The notes under the pieces were generated by a model. That model saw nothing but the letters and a program-made list of their open reading frames with translations. It ran no database searches and was not told the origin of the DNA. A DNA stretch of 60,236 nt, counting the filler, from Hausera hauseri (taxonomy: Eukaryota), in the NCBI GenBank assembly GCA_046269625.1. It is 12 parts of 12 records of this genome, joined end to end, with 100 filler letters (N's around TTAATTAATTAA, not from the genome) between each part and the next. Parts side by side here need not be neighbours in the genome. Positions count along the whole stretch, not along the records: positions 1 to 4,237 come from JBJURY010683439.1; positions 4,338 to 9,405 come from JBJURY010346046.1; positions 9,506 to 13,554 come from JBJURY010794201.1; 9 more parts are not named here. One strand, 5' to 3'. A program made the translations under genes and the position numbers. The stretch's first letter is position 1. Each line of letters starts with the position of its first letter. Shown here piece by piece: positions 1 through 11,979 of the stretch.

Positions 1-52
1 TGATTATTTAAAAATTTACGAATTGAATTATTGTTATGAAAATTCGAATTAT

Positions 53-552
53 TCATGGATTTTTTAAGATTGATTTCTGCGTCCTCGTCGACTGCACGGT
101 AGTCGAAATGCTATTGACATGCCCAGAAATGTCGCCAGTGGTGCCGTTCCTTAAACACTTCTCACTGCAGTCAACCAATAAATTATAACGCGATAAAAAA
201 TCGTATCCTAGCATTGCCGTCTGGACGTAAGCGACTGTGAACGTCCAGTGGAAAGGTGAAAGAAATTTTGGTAAGATGAAAAATAATTTAGCCATGCCAA
301 AAATGTGCAGCGGTTGGACTGAAGTGATGTATAAGGATTTAATTTTGAATGGAGAATTTTGTACAGGAGAGGTTTGTGGTAATAAGGAAATTGCTGCACC
401 TGTATCGACGAGGAAGTCAACAGATTGCGTTGTAGGAGCGGTGATTGCAGCCTTTAGAGTAAAGACAGCAAAGGAGGCGTGTCGGCGTTTAGAAAGTGAA
501 GTAGTGACTTTGCCAGAGTTTGCCGTGACTTCTGGCGGCGAAGTTAGTTTTT
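53..552 (-). pseudogene. pol: Ty3/Gypsy (CsRn1/Kabuki-like) aspartic protease, start of pol, copy A
   Basis: Open -1 frame from the gag stop reads KKLTSPPEV...VDFLVDTGAAISLLP...MLGYDFLSRYNLLVDC (DTG and LGxDFL motifs). Homologous to 48900-49382. Confidence 0.9.
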
Positions 553-1646
553 TGAAAACGGGGAACCTGAGCGATTGTTAGAAACGAAAGTTGTGCGTTC
601 GTCATCTGTATGGTGAAATTTGTTTTTAAACATAAAACCTGGAATGCATTTGCTTGCATTATGTCTGAATTTTGCATGATATATGCAAATTATGTTATCA
701 GAGTGTAGATTAGATGAATAATAGCTACACCCTAAACAGCATTTATGTGCTTTGTTGTTAAATTTGTTGTGGTAATAACATATGAATGACCGTGTTGGTG
801 ACGGTGCCAGATTTCTGGAAGGACAACGTGTTCGATGAGGCGCAGAAGCATTCCGTCGGTGTAAGGAAAGGTCATTCAGTTTATCGTTGATGGTCTTGAT
901 TGTTTGTTGTAGTGCTGCATTTTCGGCGCGCACTTGGTTCAATTGGTGCTCGATGGATGCATGTCCTTGATCATCATCATTCATAATAGCGGCTGATATG
1001 ATAGGTTGTGATAGGATTTGTAAGACTTCGTGTGCTTTATCTGCCAATTCAGCCAGTTTATCTAACGCTATAGAATCTTCAACAACAGTGAGTTAAGCCA
1101 TAATCTGAATGGGTAAGGCATTGAGGAAATATCGTCGAAGTAGGTCCGGATTGTGTTCCTTCGTGATTTTCCTAAAGTACGTAAGTGGGCCAACGTGGTG
1201 AATAGAAAATCGCTGGGTTTTTGTACCCCATTGCGTTTTCATTAAAGAAACACTGCATTATTGAATCAAATGATGGTTCTGTCTGTTTTAACACAGCATC
1301 GAACAATTGGGTATAAGGATCAGAGTGTTGAAAGATGTCTAGTAAGTTGTGGATTGAGGTCTTTATGGAATTTGGTAAAAGGTAAAGTAGATTATGGGCT
1401 TTGGATAGCAAGTCTGTAATACCATTGGACTGTAACCAGAGTTGATGGAAGTGGAGCCAGGTTTTGCTAGACTTCTTATTGTCTATAAAGTATTTAGTGC
1501 AATGTGGTGTAGTACTGATAGGATTTTTGTGAGAAGAATTTGTATCGGTTGAAGTAGCTGGATGGTTTGATTTTGGGTAGTAGAGAATGGATTTGGGTTT
1601 TGTGGTCACCTTATCGTTAGTGTCACTAGGTTGGTGGAGAAATCAT
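544..1646 (-). pseudogene. gag: Gypsy gag (CsRn1-like, two CHCC-type knuckles), frameshifted, copy A
   Basis: WLHFHQLWLQSNGITD...DPYTQLFDAVLK gag core. C-terminal CYYHNKFNNKAHKCCLGC and CIYHAKFRHNASKCIPG match C-x2-H-x9-C-x3-C. Colinear with 47824-48909. Confidence 0.85.
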
Positions 1647-1860
1647 ACCGATTCTAGGATTGACGTGTATACATAGATGGTAATGTGAGGCCATGATGTG
1701 TAGAACGGCAGTTATAATGAAACTGTTGTAAGTCAGGTAGAAATCAGTGTAGGCGGTGGTATTATGAGATTGTATAATTGCAATGACTCCATACGTTGTG
1801 TGACATGTACGGTTTGTATTAAGTTATTATTGACATAAAGGGAGAATGAAAACGGCGATG
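1647..1860 (-). pseudogene. Degenerate ubiquitin-like leader upstream of gag, copy A
   Basis: With one frameshift reads FSFSLYVNNNLIQTVHVTQRMESLQLYNLI...DFYLTYNSFII...LCIHVNPRIG|MISPP. Aligns to the RIRGG|M leader of copy B. Confidence 0.55.
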
Positions 1861-2056
1861 ATAGATGGCAAGCTGGGTAGAGTGGTATCTCAACATGGTA
1901 GTACGAAGTTAAGAAGGTTACTCTGCGATAATGTGCCTCGATTCTACTTCGTCTCATTACAGATCCATTAATTTCCATAGATAGTTCGGTATTAGGTTTG
2001 GTGGGTTTGGCAGGACAAAGTCTGAGTGGTGAGTAATTAACAATGTCACAAGGTGG

Positions 2057-4061
2057 CTAAACCATTTTATTAATTTCTATGTAGTCATCGTCGAATTCAT
2101 GAATTCCTACGAGTGTCAAATACTTCAGAAGGTGAAAGCGTAGTTTACCAATTTTGCCCAATGAAGCTAATTTAAATTTCAATGCAGAATGAGTAACTTT
2201 GTCAACAGTAGCAAGATATCTCGAAAAACTATGTCGTGGACAAAGAATAAAGTGAAGTAACTGTCGAATAGGATAGACGAAATTTATGATCTGAGGAATA
2301 AAGTAAAGGGGAGGTGCTTTGCTGGTATGATCTAGAAATCTAAGGTCAGCATAAGTCATTCCAGAATAATAGCAAAATTTGTCACCAAAAAACGCCTTCG
2401 CTAGACAAGTTATATTTTAAAAATCTGAGGCGATAGAAAACGGAAGGAATCATAAAAAATAAAGAAAAAAGGGATACTGCCAAAATGGGCTGGTAGTAAA
2501 TTCAAAGAAGTCGAAGCAGTGACTAGAAACAGTGATAACCAAACTTTGGCTATCGCAAATTTTATTTATACCGGAGTAAATATTAATGGGAATTGTACAA
2601 GAATTGTTTAAGAACGCCAAACAACTATAATAGATACGAATGAAATTGACAACTTTGCCAAAAAATGTTTCAAAGAACATCGGTATGATAATATAAGTCG
2701 TCCCATGTAAAAACGTGTATACAGTCAACAAAGGCAACGACTTGATTGTCGGCAATAGTAATTTATCTCGCCATTTTAAATCGAGTGTATTACCCACAAC
2801 TCTCAAAAGAGTCATACAGCATATTGAAAGCAAACCTGTTAAGTATTGGGTACAATTATTTTGCGCTGAGCTGATTGTCGTGAAATTACGATTCAAAATG
2901 AGCATGAAAAGAAATATTATTATAATGAGATAAATAACACTATGCCAAAAGCATTGCGCATCGGATATTTCCTTACACACAAAATTAAGAAAAGTTTGAA
3001 CAATCTGAAATTGCCATTTCAAAAAAATGTTGTATGGTACTTATCAGGGCCTGATAGAGTTTGAATCTCAAATCCTCGTCAATTTGAATACTGAAAAGTG
3101 AGAGTAAATCAGCAATCTCAGATTTATCTATATCTGAAGGGAGTAACCTAAAAATGGCAGATATACTACTTTTGGGTGGTGATGTTGTGTCAACAATTGC
3201 CTTAACAGTAGAATACGAAAAAAATGAGTAAAATATATCGTTAGTAAAAGGCATATTAAAAAATATTTGCCGATCAAACTATGTATAACGGTAAATCTCA
3301 CTTCGTCTTGCACAGGATTCTCTACGGTTGTCAGTATCCTGTTGCCTTGTGAAAACTGTAAATCGATTTCTTTGATTCGGTCGTCCTACGAGAGGTCTGT
3401 CCGATTTCTTTCGAAAAAGTTAGATGGAGTAACGTCTGACCGTTGTAAAGTCGAATACCGAGTTTGACTGATCGGAAAGTCTGAATACGAAATAGGGAGT
3501 CCATGTTTTTAGAAAGCAGTGAGAAAATATTCAGTGGCACTTCGATATAACGATCAATAAATGTAAACCTAAATGTTGGACAGAGAGATGTTTGTTTGAA
3601 TAGCTTAGATGCATCTTTGTCTGTATTGCCGTATGACCAGTTCTGTTTGTTAAGCCATATATAGTAACTGAATTCGATTCCTCTTTTAATATTCAATAAT
3701 TTGTCAGTTATTAAATGCTCAGTAACGTTGTTCAGTGCTTCTTTGGCACGTTTCAAAAGGTGTTCGTTATTTTCAAACGAGAAATTTTTCCAATTCGTGT
3801 TACAGTGTTAGAATGAATCGAAAGTGATTTCAAGATAGGGATGTAAAAGTTCTAATTCATTTGTATTTGAAGACTCCATTTTTTGGATCAAAAGGAAATG
3901 TTATCTCCATTGATTCATTATCCAGGTTATACACTTTGTACGTATCACCAGCACCAATCACATATTCCGTTTCCACATTATTCAGTGAAATATCCGATAT
4001 ATTGAAACATTTCAACAACGGCCTCTTTTTCTGTGGAGATTTTTGGTACAAGCCACGGCAA
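2057..4061 (-). pseudogene. Long intronless degraded ORF chain of unknown identity (viral or TE cargo relic?)
   Basis: Successive protein-like minus-strand ORFs (3857-4061, 3331-3756, 2985-3313, 2450-3022, 2057-2359) linked by frameshifts. No recognisable motif. Confidence 0.4.
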
Positions 4062-4237
4062 ATGTACAACTGTAAGAGCCGATAGTGAACAACATAGCTG
4101 GACTTACGCTCATGTGTAAGCAACAATTTCTTTACTTTTGAACCAGGTGGACATTGGTTCATTGGAGCAAGAGGCAGTTGATCTAACTTATCATGTTTGT
4201 CTGCTGGAATGCTCAAGTCAACTTCAAAGACTAAACC
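4062..4237 (-). mobile_element. Polinton/adintovirus-type pPolB fragment
   Basis: FEVDLSIPADKHDKLDQLPLAP...KLLLTHERKSSYVVHYRLLQLY, near-identical to 55690-55870 and similar to 36445-36605. Confidence 0.9.
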
Positions 4238-4337
4238 NNNNNNNNNNNNNNNNNNNNNNNNNNNNNNNNNNNNNNNNNNNNTTAATTAATTAANNNNNNN
4301 NNNNNNNNNNNNNNNNNNNNNNNNNNNNNNNNNNNNN
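4238..4337. other. Artificial contig linker (44N-TTAATTAATTAA-44N). Same linker at 9406, 13555, 20567, 25239, 29415, 33928, 39792, 46076, 50382, 55586
   Basis: Identical 100-nt spacer with stops in all six frames, present 11 times. Confidence 0.99.
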
Positions 4338-4391
4338 TTAATTAATACATTAGGAAGTAAAGTCAAAATCAGCTTTCACGGATGGAACAAC

Positions 4392-4408
4392 TGGTGCTGA
4401 TACCCGTG
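4392..4408 (+). promoter_or_regulatory. Putative primer-binding site (tRNA-Phe-like) after an LTR end
   Basis: ...GGAACA AC TGGTGCTGATACCCGTG resembles the tRNA-Phe PBS TGGTGCCGAAACCCGGG and lies immediately upstream of a gag start (TTRKGTHY). Confidence 0.55.
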
Positions 4409-4444
4409 AAGAGTAAATTTGACCTTTAGATAACAGAAAAAACT

Positions 4445-5518
4445 TGAAGATTACGACTAGGAAAGGCACGCACTACCAAGTAAACGGAGAAGAAAGTCAG
4501 ACTTTTGGATTAGAGTTTTGAATAATTTAAGTGACGAAGTAAACGAAATGTCATCAAACCACGACACAAATACGATAGAGCAAGTCGCACAGTCTAAAGC
4601 TGACTACACCTTACACATGAAGAAGTTCTCAGGTAAAGATGTGTAAGATGTCGTTATGGAGTACGAGGGGTACTCTAAAAGCTTTGGTTGGAATGACAAA
4701 CAATGAATGGAAAGGCGACCTTTCCATTTAAAATGGACAGCCCTTACGATATACTTCCAGATGTCTGAAGAAGACAAAAAGGATTGGAAAGCCGTCAAAG
4801 AAAAGTTGCCACAAAAGTTTCTAGTTATACGAAGAAGGCAACAAAAGGATGATACAGTCCAAGATTTTGACTGCGCACTGTAATGGTAGCAGCAAGGGCA
4901 TACCCTGACGCAAAGATAAGAAGTAACGCATTGTTAACCCAGTTCCAATACGGACTGGAAAAAAAGTTAAGAACGATAATCCTGCAAGCAGACTCACCTA
5001 CATTCCAGGAAGCCATATGGAAGGCACGTAAAGCCAAACGAGATGCGGAAATATATAGGTGGAATAAGCCTAAAAGTTTTAACGGTAAGTACGACAATCG
5101 AAAGAATAATAGCGCACAGAAGTACGAACGATACTACAGAAATCGAAGTCCTTCACAGACATCAGCCACAGAAGCTGAACCAGACGTAGAGAAGGCAGTA
5201 TATTTTAAGTTAAAAAATGATCGTGAAAAGTGGACCTATAAGAAATACCTTAGCAAAGATGGAAGAACGTTATCTAGTATAGATTCTGAAGGAAAATTAA
5301 AATGTTTTAATTGTATTAAATATGGTAACATTGCAAAAGCATGTAGATCACATAAACGGGAAACCATAAGTCTAAGGACAATATATAAAGCAGCACCTTC
5401 AATATTGAAATTAATAGATAACAAATTATCAACGATTAAATTAAATGAAATCCTATTCCAACTATTATTATTATTCTCTACAAAAAATAACAAGAACCAT
5501 GCTATCCAAAGCAGGTGA
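4445..5518 (+). pseudogene. gag: Ty3/Gypsy gag with CCHC zinc knuckle
   Basis: KFSG...FGWND...WKAVKEKL...AARAYPD...QFQYGL...TFQEAI capsid motifs, plus CFNCIKYGNIAKAC knuckle. Stops and frameshifts in the 5' half. Confidence 0.85.
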
Positions 5519-6405
5519 GGATGAAAAAGGAAGAAATGAGTCAATAAGGATAACGTTGAAAGAAGGAAATCAAGATATGAGAATTATCACAATGAATGAA
5601 ACTGATGACATACAGACGTTACGAGAAAAGGTACAAGAAGTATCATTCTACAAAGAAAAAGTGTATGATTGAGTTTCTATGGAATGACATTATATAGTTA
5701 CGATAAATTGCTAAGGATCGGATGTAGAAGTGAAAGTTATAATCAGATTACCATAAGTCAAGTTCACCCTGATACACCAACAGAAGAAACAATAGGTAAT
5801 ATAATAAGAGAACTAAAGCCACCTGAAGAAGGAATACACCCGCTAGGTGACACCCAAGATGTTACGGTTCAAATGAAAGCAAAAAGAGGAAGGCCTAAGG
5901 AAACGAGGATAAGTGATATTCGTATTAAACGAGATAGAAATGAAGAGAGAACGGATAAAACACCAGAATCTATAGATATAGATCCATCAGTGCGAACGTT
6001 ATTAGCAAAGTTACATACGTCATTTGCATCTTTCGATATGCACGTAACAAAACCTGATGAGTTATTCCAAACTTTACGTAACAGCATGCTACGAATCAGT
6101 AGACATTTTTACGAAAACATGGGTGAAGAAAGAATTAACGAACAGCATGAACAAGACAATTTAGCAAAATGATTGCTAGTGGAATCACAAGAGACAAAGT
6201 GTTAACAACTATTGCCTACCTACTTTATAAGCTAATTGTTATTAATTATCGAACAGAAAATTTGGAAGAAATCGAACGAAACAGAAAAATAGGGATTAAA
6301 GTCCTCCGAGACAAGTTAGAAAACTGGGTTCAGTGTAGAGGAGGTTGGATATCAAGTTTAATGAACGTTAGGGCAAGACATAGTTACCTAATTATTAGTT
6401 ATTAG
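5499..6405 (+). pseudogene. Ubiquitin-like domain + Bcl-2-family (Bax/Bak/Bok-like) protein, split by two 1-nt deletions
   Basis: ACCATG start. UBL-like SIRITLKEGNQDMRIITMNETDDIQTLREKVQE...YDLSFYGMTL...LLRIGC. BH1-like MIASGITRDKVLTTIAY and BH2 LRDKLENWVQCRGGW. ORFs 5445-5672, 5669-6172 and 6169-6405 join by restoring one T and one A. Confidence 0.75.
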
Positions 6406-6449
6406 CTGAAATTTTAAAAAATCTGCTATACACAGTATTATAAAACATT

Positions 6450-7790
6450 TTGACAAAATTCTTGGAATAGGAATTTTTTAACATTCAAGAAGGGTTGTAT
6501 GCATATATATTTGCATAAGTTACTACCACATGCAAAAACTAGAAAATTAATCTTTTATTATTTACCATAAAGTAAAAAAAAACGTTTTCAAATGCAGTTA
6601 AAATGTCAGACATCATAAGGATCAACTTGAAGACCATTGTGGAGCACACAGAAGTGCATACGGCGAAATGAGCGTCAATTAATAGCAGCTAAGGTGTCAG
6701 GAGAAATGTCTGAAAATGCGTTCCTGATCACATTCTTCAATTTCTCGACATTTCCAGCCTTCTGGGCGGCGATTTTTGGTTTAATGATTCCCCACTGAGC
6801 ATTATTACATGAGGTCAGGTCGGGCTTCGAGCGGACCAAGGAATTGTCCCGAACTTCCGTACCCATCTGTCCGGGATGTTCCGACAAAGAACTTCCTCCT
6901 GAATTTCGCAATATGCGCTGGTACACCGTCCTGCTGAAAGTGGGACTTAAACAATATTTCTTTTGCTTGCAAGTCAGGAATAAATTTATTGCGAAGCAAG
7001 GTGATTTAAAAATCTGCTGTAATGCGACCATAAATTAAATATGGGCCAATGAGATGTTTCGTTGAAATGGCTGCCCACCATTACAGATGGGGATATTGTA
7101 TGATTTGTTCCCCCAAGTATAGATTTTCTTTTGACCAGAATGATAGCTGCACAGCTCATCTGCTCTCAGCATAAATAGCATATTCATATGAAAACACAGC
7201 TTCTCTCGCCTGTTGCTGTTATCGTACTTTGCCAAAATGCGCTAGCAGCCACCAATTCTGGTTTGGTGATCATCCTCGGAGATATTGGACCTTTGTAGAT
7301 TTCCAGTTTACATACCCCAGGTCTCTTGTCAATGCATAATGTAATGTTGAACGAGGTATTTCAAGTTCGTTAGACCTCCTTCTGAAGAGAGCATTGGGTT
7401 TTCTTCAACGTTCTGTTGAATGCCGTCATGCTCATCGCCTCGCTTATCTGGTAGCCCTGACCGATTTTTTTCACGAATACTGCCTCTGGTGAACAACTTC
7501 TCTTTCCAATTAGCAATAACTCTAGAGTGAGTAGGCTCTGCATTGGATTTTTCTCGGAGTTTGGCTTTCAATGCTCGGACTGAATCAATGGTCTTACCGC
7601 ATTCGTGATAGCAGCAGGCTGCAAGAATTCTGTACTGAAATGTGTATTTACTTATGTCACTCATTCGAAATTTTGAGGAAGAAAATATATACAAAAGCTC
7701 AGTATAACAAATTGCAAAAAATATATATTTCGTTCAGTGAGACTGCCTCCGGTGTTTCTTACTCAGAATTTTCCAAGAATCTTGGACACC
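6450..7790 (-). mobile_element. Degraded Tc1/mariner transposon
   Basis: N-terminal HTH region ...WKEKLFTRGSIREKNRSG; catalytic FQQDGVPAH and degenerate (W)PARSPDL...WGIIK. Imperfect terminal inverted repeat CAAAATTCTTGGAA / TTCCAAGAATCTTGG. Confidence 0.85.
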
Positions 7791-7899
7791 ATTTAGCCGA
7801 TTTCTCGAAAAAGAAGAAAGTGATGATCTTTCATAATCAGAAGGAAGCCCTAGATATGGAAATAAAATTATTCGCTAATACAATCAAACCAAATAATGA

Positions 7900-9405
7900 C
7901 AATGGACGATCAGCAAGTGCAGTAGTACAAATCGGAGGAAGATAAAAGCGCTTTAGTATCGCCGCCCGGGTGAGCTAAGAAAGGAAGACAGGTACATACA
8001 TATTGTGTTGCTTTTAAAAGCCGAATGCGAAAATATGAACTAACTGCAACAGGACAAAGTGTATTACAGGATTTTCTGGATTCCATTTTAAACGAATCGA
8101 TTATTATGTTGGAAAATAGCCGAAGAAAGCTCAAGGTTATCAAAGTGAATTTAAGTTTGAAGCCATATATACCAACGTAGATGGTGAGGATGCAGAGAGC
8201 ATTTGAAACCAAAAATAAGCTAATTTTGGAACAAAATAGTATGGGTGAATTTTTGGGAAATGAGTTCAAACACCTCATACTTGAAACATAGGAATGTCAA
8301 AAAAACAACGCTTGGACACTTTCGGTGATGAAAAACGTAATCATACGAATATATAAGTATTCCCCATGGAGAGGAAGTTCTTACATTAAGTTACCTGATT
8401 GGATTAAAATAAAAAGGTATGCGTTAATGTGAAGAACAGTGACAAATGTTGTTTCAAATATACGATTTCATTAAAATTCATAAATCAGAATGTTCAAAGG
8501 GAAGAATTTTACAGAGACCTTCGGCATGACTATGATTTCTCATGTGTCATCTTTCCGTCATCATTTCATGCTACTGAGAAATTTGAAAAAATATATAATA
8601 TATTGATCAATTTATTTGCGGTAGACGATGCACGGAAAGTGTATACGCTCAAAGTATACAAAATGAAAAACCAACTCATAGGGATTTGCTTTTATTAAAC
8701 GAAATGGACAACAATCATTACGTTTGAATCAAGCGTTTTACATGGATGATGAAAAAAATCGTTACAAACCATCATGGAAACATTGAAGTGTGGAAAAGAT
8801 GTTTGATACACTTCAATAATGATACAGATCAAATAAAAATACAGGAATACAAGCGGTAATTCAATGAATAGGAATGCTTACGATTTGAATTTCCAAAGGA
8901 GAATTAAATGTTTAAGGAGTATGAAAAAATTCTCAGAGTATAAATAATCATATATTGTGACTTTGAAGCAATATTGAATCCTGTACACGGATGTTATCAA
9001 AATCCTCAGCAGTTTCATACAGCAGCATGCTAATTGCATGAACTGTATTCATTTTGCATATATACAAAAAGATTTCATAAAAATAATTTGTGTATAGAGG
9101 TCCATAAGCGGCTTTTGTATTTATGAAAAAATTGGAGAATATGGTAAATGCAGTTCAAAATATAAAACAACAACGTGTGGTCATTACATCTGCTGAAGAA
9201 ACTGAATAGAAAAATACCACCAACTAATACATATTCAGTAATAGCTTTGCTTTAGTAATTCCAAATGCAGGGGTAATTGTCATATCACGGTTAATTTCAG
9301 AGGAGAGGCATGCAATTCATGCGGCTTACGATGTCGAACAACCAATTCCTGTTATTTTTCACAATTTAAGTGGGAATGATTCTTATTTCATTATGAAAGA
9401 ATTAG
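7900..9405 (+). mobile_element. Degraded pPolB 5' half (Polinton/adintovirus type)
   Basis: WTLSV...YSPWRGSSYIKLPDWIK, KNSDKCCFKY, CHIT...GEACNSC and PVIFHNLSGND motifs across frameshifts. Confidence 0.8.
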
Positions 9406-9505
9406 NNNNNNNNNNNNNNNNNNNNNNNNNNNNNNNNNNNNNNNNNNNNTTAATTAATTAANNNNNNNNNNNNNNNNNNNNNNNNNNNNNNNNNNNNNNN
9501 NNNNN

Positions 9506-10684
9506 TTCGGCAAGTCGCTGTTTTCGTGTGAGCTTTTGCCAGTGTCAAAGACAGGATTTCTGGCCATCACCGACGATATTACTCTACCAGACATCGACTA
9601 CGATGACATCAGCTGTGACCAGGACTACCTGGACAGATTGATTTAAGCAATACGTAGTGGCGCCATCAGTAACAGTCTCCTACCTGAGAAGACAGGACCA
9701 CTGTCACAGGCAAGGTGTGTGACAACAACCAGCAGAGTTTGCCGTTTGTATGTGTCGACAGAAGAACCGAGTCCAGAACTCTACTCCCTCACCGATGTGG
9801 TTCGATATCAAGTGTCGTCCACGATGCACAGATGGTCCGCGTCACTTTCTAGCATCAATCAAGTTGAAGACAACGCTCTCTGATGACATCAAGAAAATCG
9901 TTTGGACCGTCATTCAGAAAAAGGTCTACTGGATCCAAGAAGAGAACGTCCTGTTGGCAATGTAGTACATGGAAACTTTTCGACTCGTCAAGCCGCAATC
10001 GACAGAATTAAATCAATCCGACAATCTCCGTCATGCAATCAGCAACAAGTCAGACAGTTCGTGTGTAGTAATGTCAACGAATGTGTCAATATACTACAAG
10101 ATCTACGTCCACCAGAAGTTATCTGTGAACCTCCGCTCATCATGAAGTTGTCTATTGAACAGCTGGAAAGATTCGCTGAACAACCGATTATCGTCGAGAT
10201 ACCATGCCGTTCACAGGGTGTTGAACTTTGTGTGAAAATAGTGACAGAGTCGTCTTCTCACGTTTATGGTATTGAGTTGAAAAACGGTTATATTAGAGCA
10301 AGACTGAAGTCCAGGGAACTAATACCTTCTTTTAAGTCTAAGCAGGACTTTCACGTGTAAACGGACATTATGTGAACTGTTTGCAGTTGGTATGAAAAAT
10401 ATTGTAACTAACTTTTCCTGCACTGTAATACGTTATGGAGTTTTAAATAAATATTCAACAATTCATTTTAAGCAATTCTTGTTTTATTTGCAGTAAAACT
10501 CAAGTAAAACCGGGGAGAATATTTTGAAAAATGATGAAAAACAGCAATTTGTGGTATTTTCGAAGTCAAACAGGGGATGTACCGTTTGTTTTATCAATAG
10601 ATAAAGTGCATTTTTAAAATCAGCATGGTTAAGCTAATAAATCCCCTGATGTGCCTCAAAATTGCCCACTTCACTACACTCTAA
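9506..10684 (+). mobile_element. hAT-superfamily (hATm-like) transposase 3' part with right terminus
   Basis: SCDQDYL...RLYVS...PMWFDIK...ENVLLAM...EPPL...IPCRSQGVELCVKIVTESS...GYIR...SRELIPSFKSKQDF. Terminus ...CACTCTAA (reverse complement TTAGAGTG). Confidence 0.75.
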
Positions 10685-11979
10685 CATATATGGTACATAT
10701 GATATTGGTAAAAATCTGTTTTCATATATTACTCCATTTACAGAAATATCCGCGAGCTTTTAAATACTTTTTTTCAAACCTTTCTTCACGTTTTGACTAC
10801 CAATTATTATCCTCAAATTATCTTCATATTTGGGATATTTTGAAATTTCTGTATTGTACGTTGGTTGGCGTTTTTCTGGTACGTTATAAAAATCACACTA
10901 AAACTAATTCTAAACTGATTATAAGTAAACCGTAAGCATTACCTTTATTTCATCACCAGATAATAAAGTACAAGACGGAGTTTCTCTCATTCTTTTGTTT
11001 ATTTAAATGTTTTTTGATTTTCACAATTTGTTTACAACCTTTCTGCTCATATAAAAAGATGACTTTAACCTTAAATGACCTTGGCCTTAAGTGGCTTAAT
11101 GTGAGGGAGTAAGGAATAAGTACAAATTCCGATTCACCCCTTTTCAATTGACTTTTTTTTTAACGCATCGATTTAATTAAAGAGGAGGTGGGTATGGTTT
11201 GTCCAGCTTGGTTTATAATTGAATAATTGTGATTGATAATTGATTTAGAAAGAAAAGGGGGTGTTTCCTAAATCCTTTTGATTGAGTTTTCTTGGGCCCA
11301 TATTGTTTATTTGTTTATTTTATTGCTTTGGGTTGTCGAAGCCTCGTTGGGTCATTTGAAACGATTATTGATTTTAAACGATGGTTGATTTGAAACATAA
11401 ACTGATCAAAAGGTAAGGACAATAAATTTTAGCAAACAAAAATCGATTTCTAATCCCATACTGATTAAAAGGAATTACCAACAGATTCAATATTGCTATT
11501 AAATGTTTTACAAACGTTTACATGCCTGAATCGAAATCCCAATAATCGAACCCATGGTCAATGTCCGAGGATAACTCACACAGCTAAAAATATACGCATT
11601 AATGTTGTTCGAGGACTATTGAAAAAGGCCTATTTTGATACCATTCTTGATAATTCCCTGTTAGTTTATTTTGTTATTCACTTGAAACTTTACGCGGTCG
11701 AGAATGTATTTAGCATATTTACTGATTCCTTTAAATAAGGTAATCATGGTGCCGTACTGATATAAAGTCGGTCGATTTAACCCCCTTTTCAAATTATTGT
11801 ACTTTTACCTCTAATTGCTATTAACCGAATTTATTGATGTTAACAACGTCCATGTTTTTCTCCATGATCAATCAAAACAAAACCAGTCGTTGAATGTCAA
11901 ATATCTAAAGATAAGGCCATGAGCCTTAGGAATAATAATTAGAAAAGGAGTAGAACATACAAAAATTAATAACACTCAC

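Noticed and set aside
237-581. Antisense ORFs opposite protease, PolB and RT (e.g. 237-581, 24607-25182, 53103-53462)
   Set aside because: Shadow ORFs of real coding frames with no independent evidence.
3857-4216. Apparent PolB fusion protein
   Set aside because: In-frame by chance at a rearrangement junction (4061/4062). Other PolB copies continue normally past this point.
4282-4293. TTAATTAATTAA recurring every 4-7 kb like a regularly spaced motif
   Set aside because: Always centred in a 100-nt N spacer, so it is an artificial six-frame-stop linker. Cross-contig gene neighbourhoods were therefore not interpreted.
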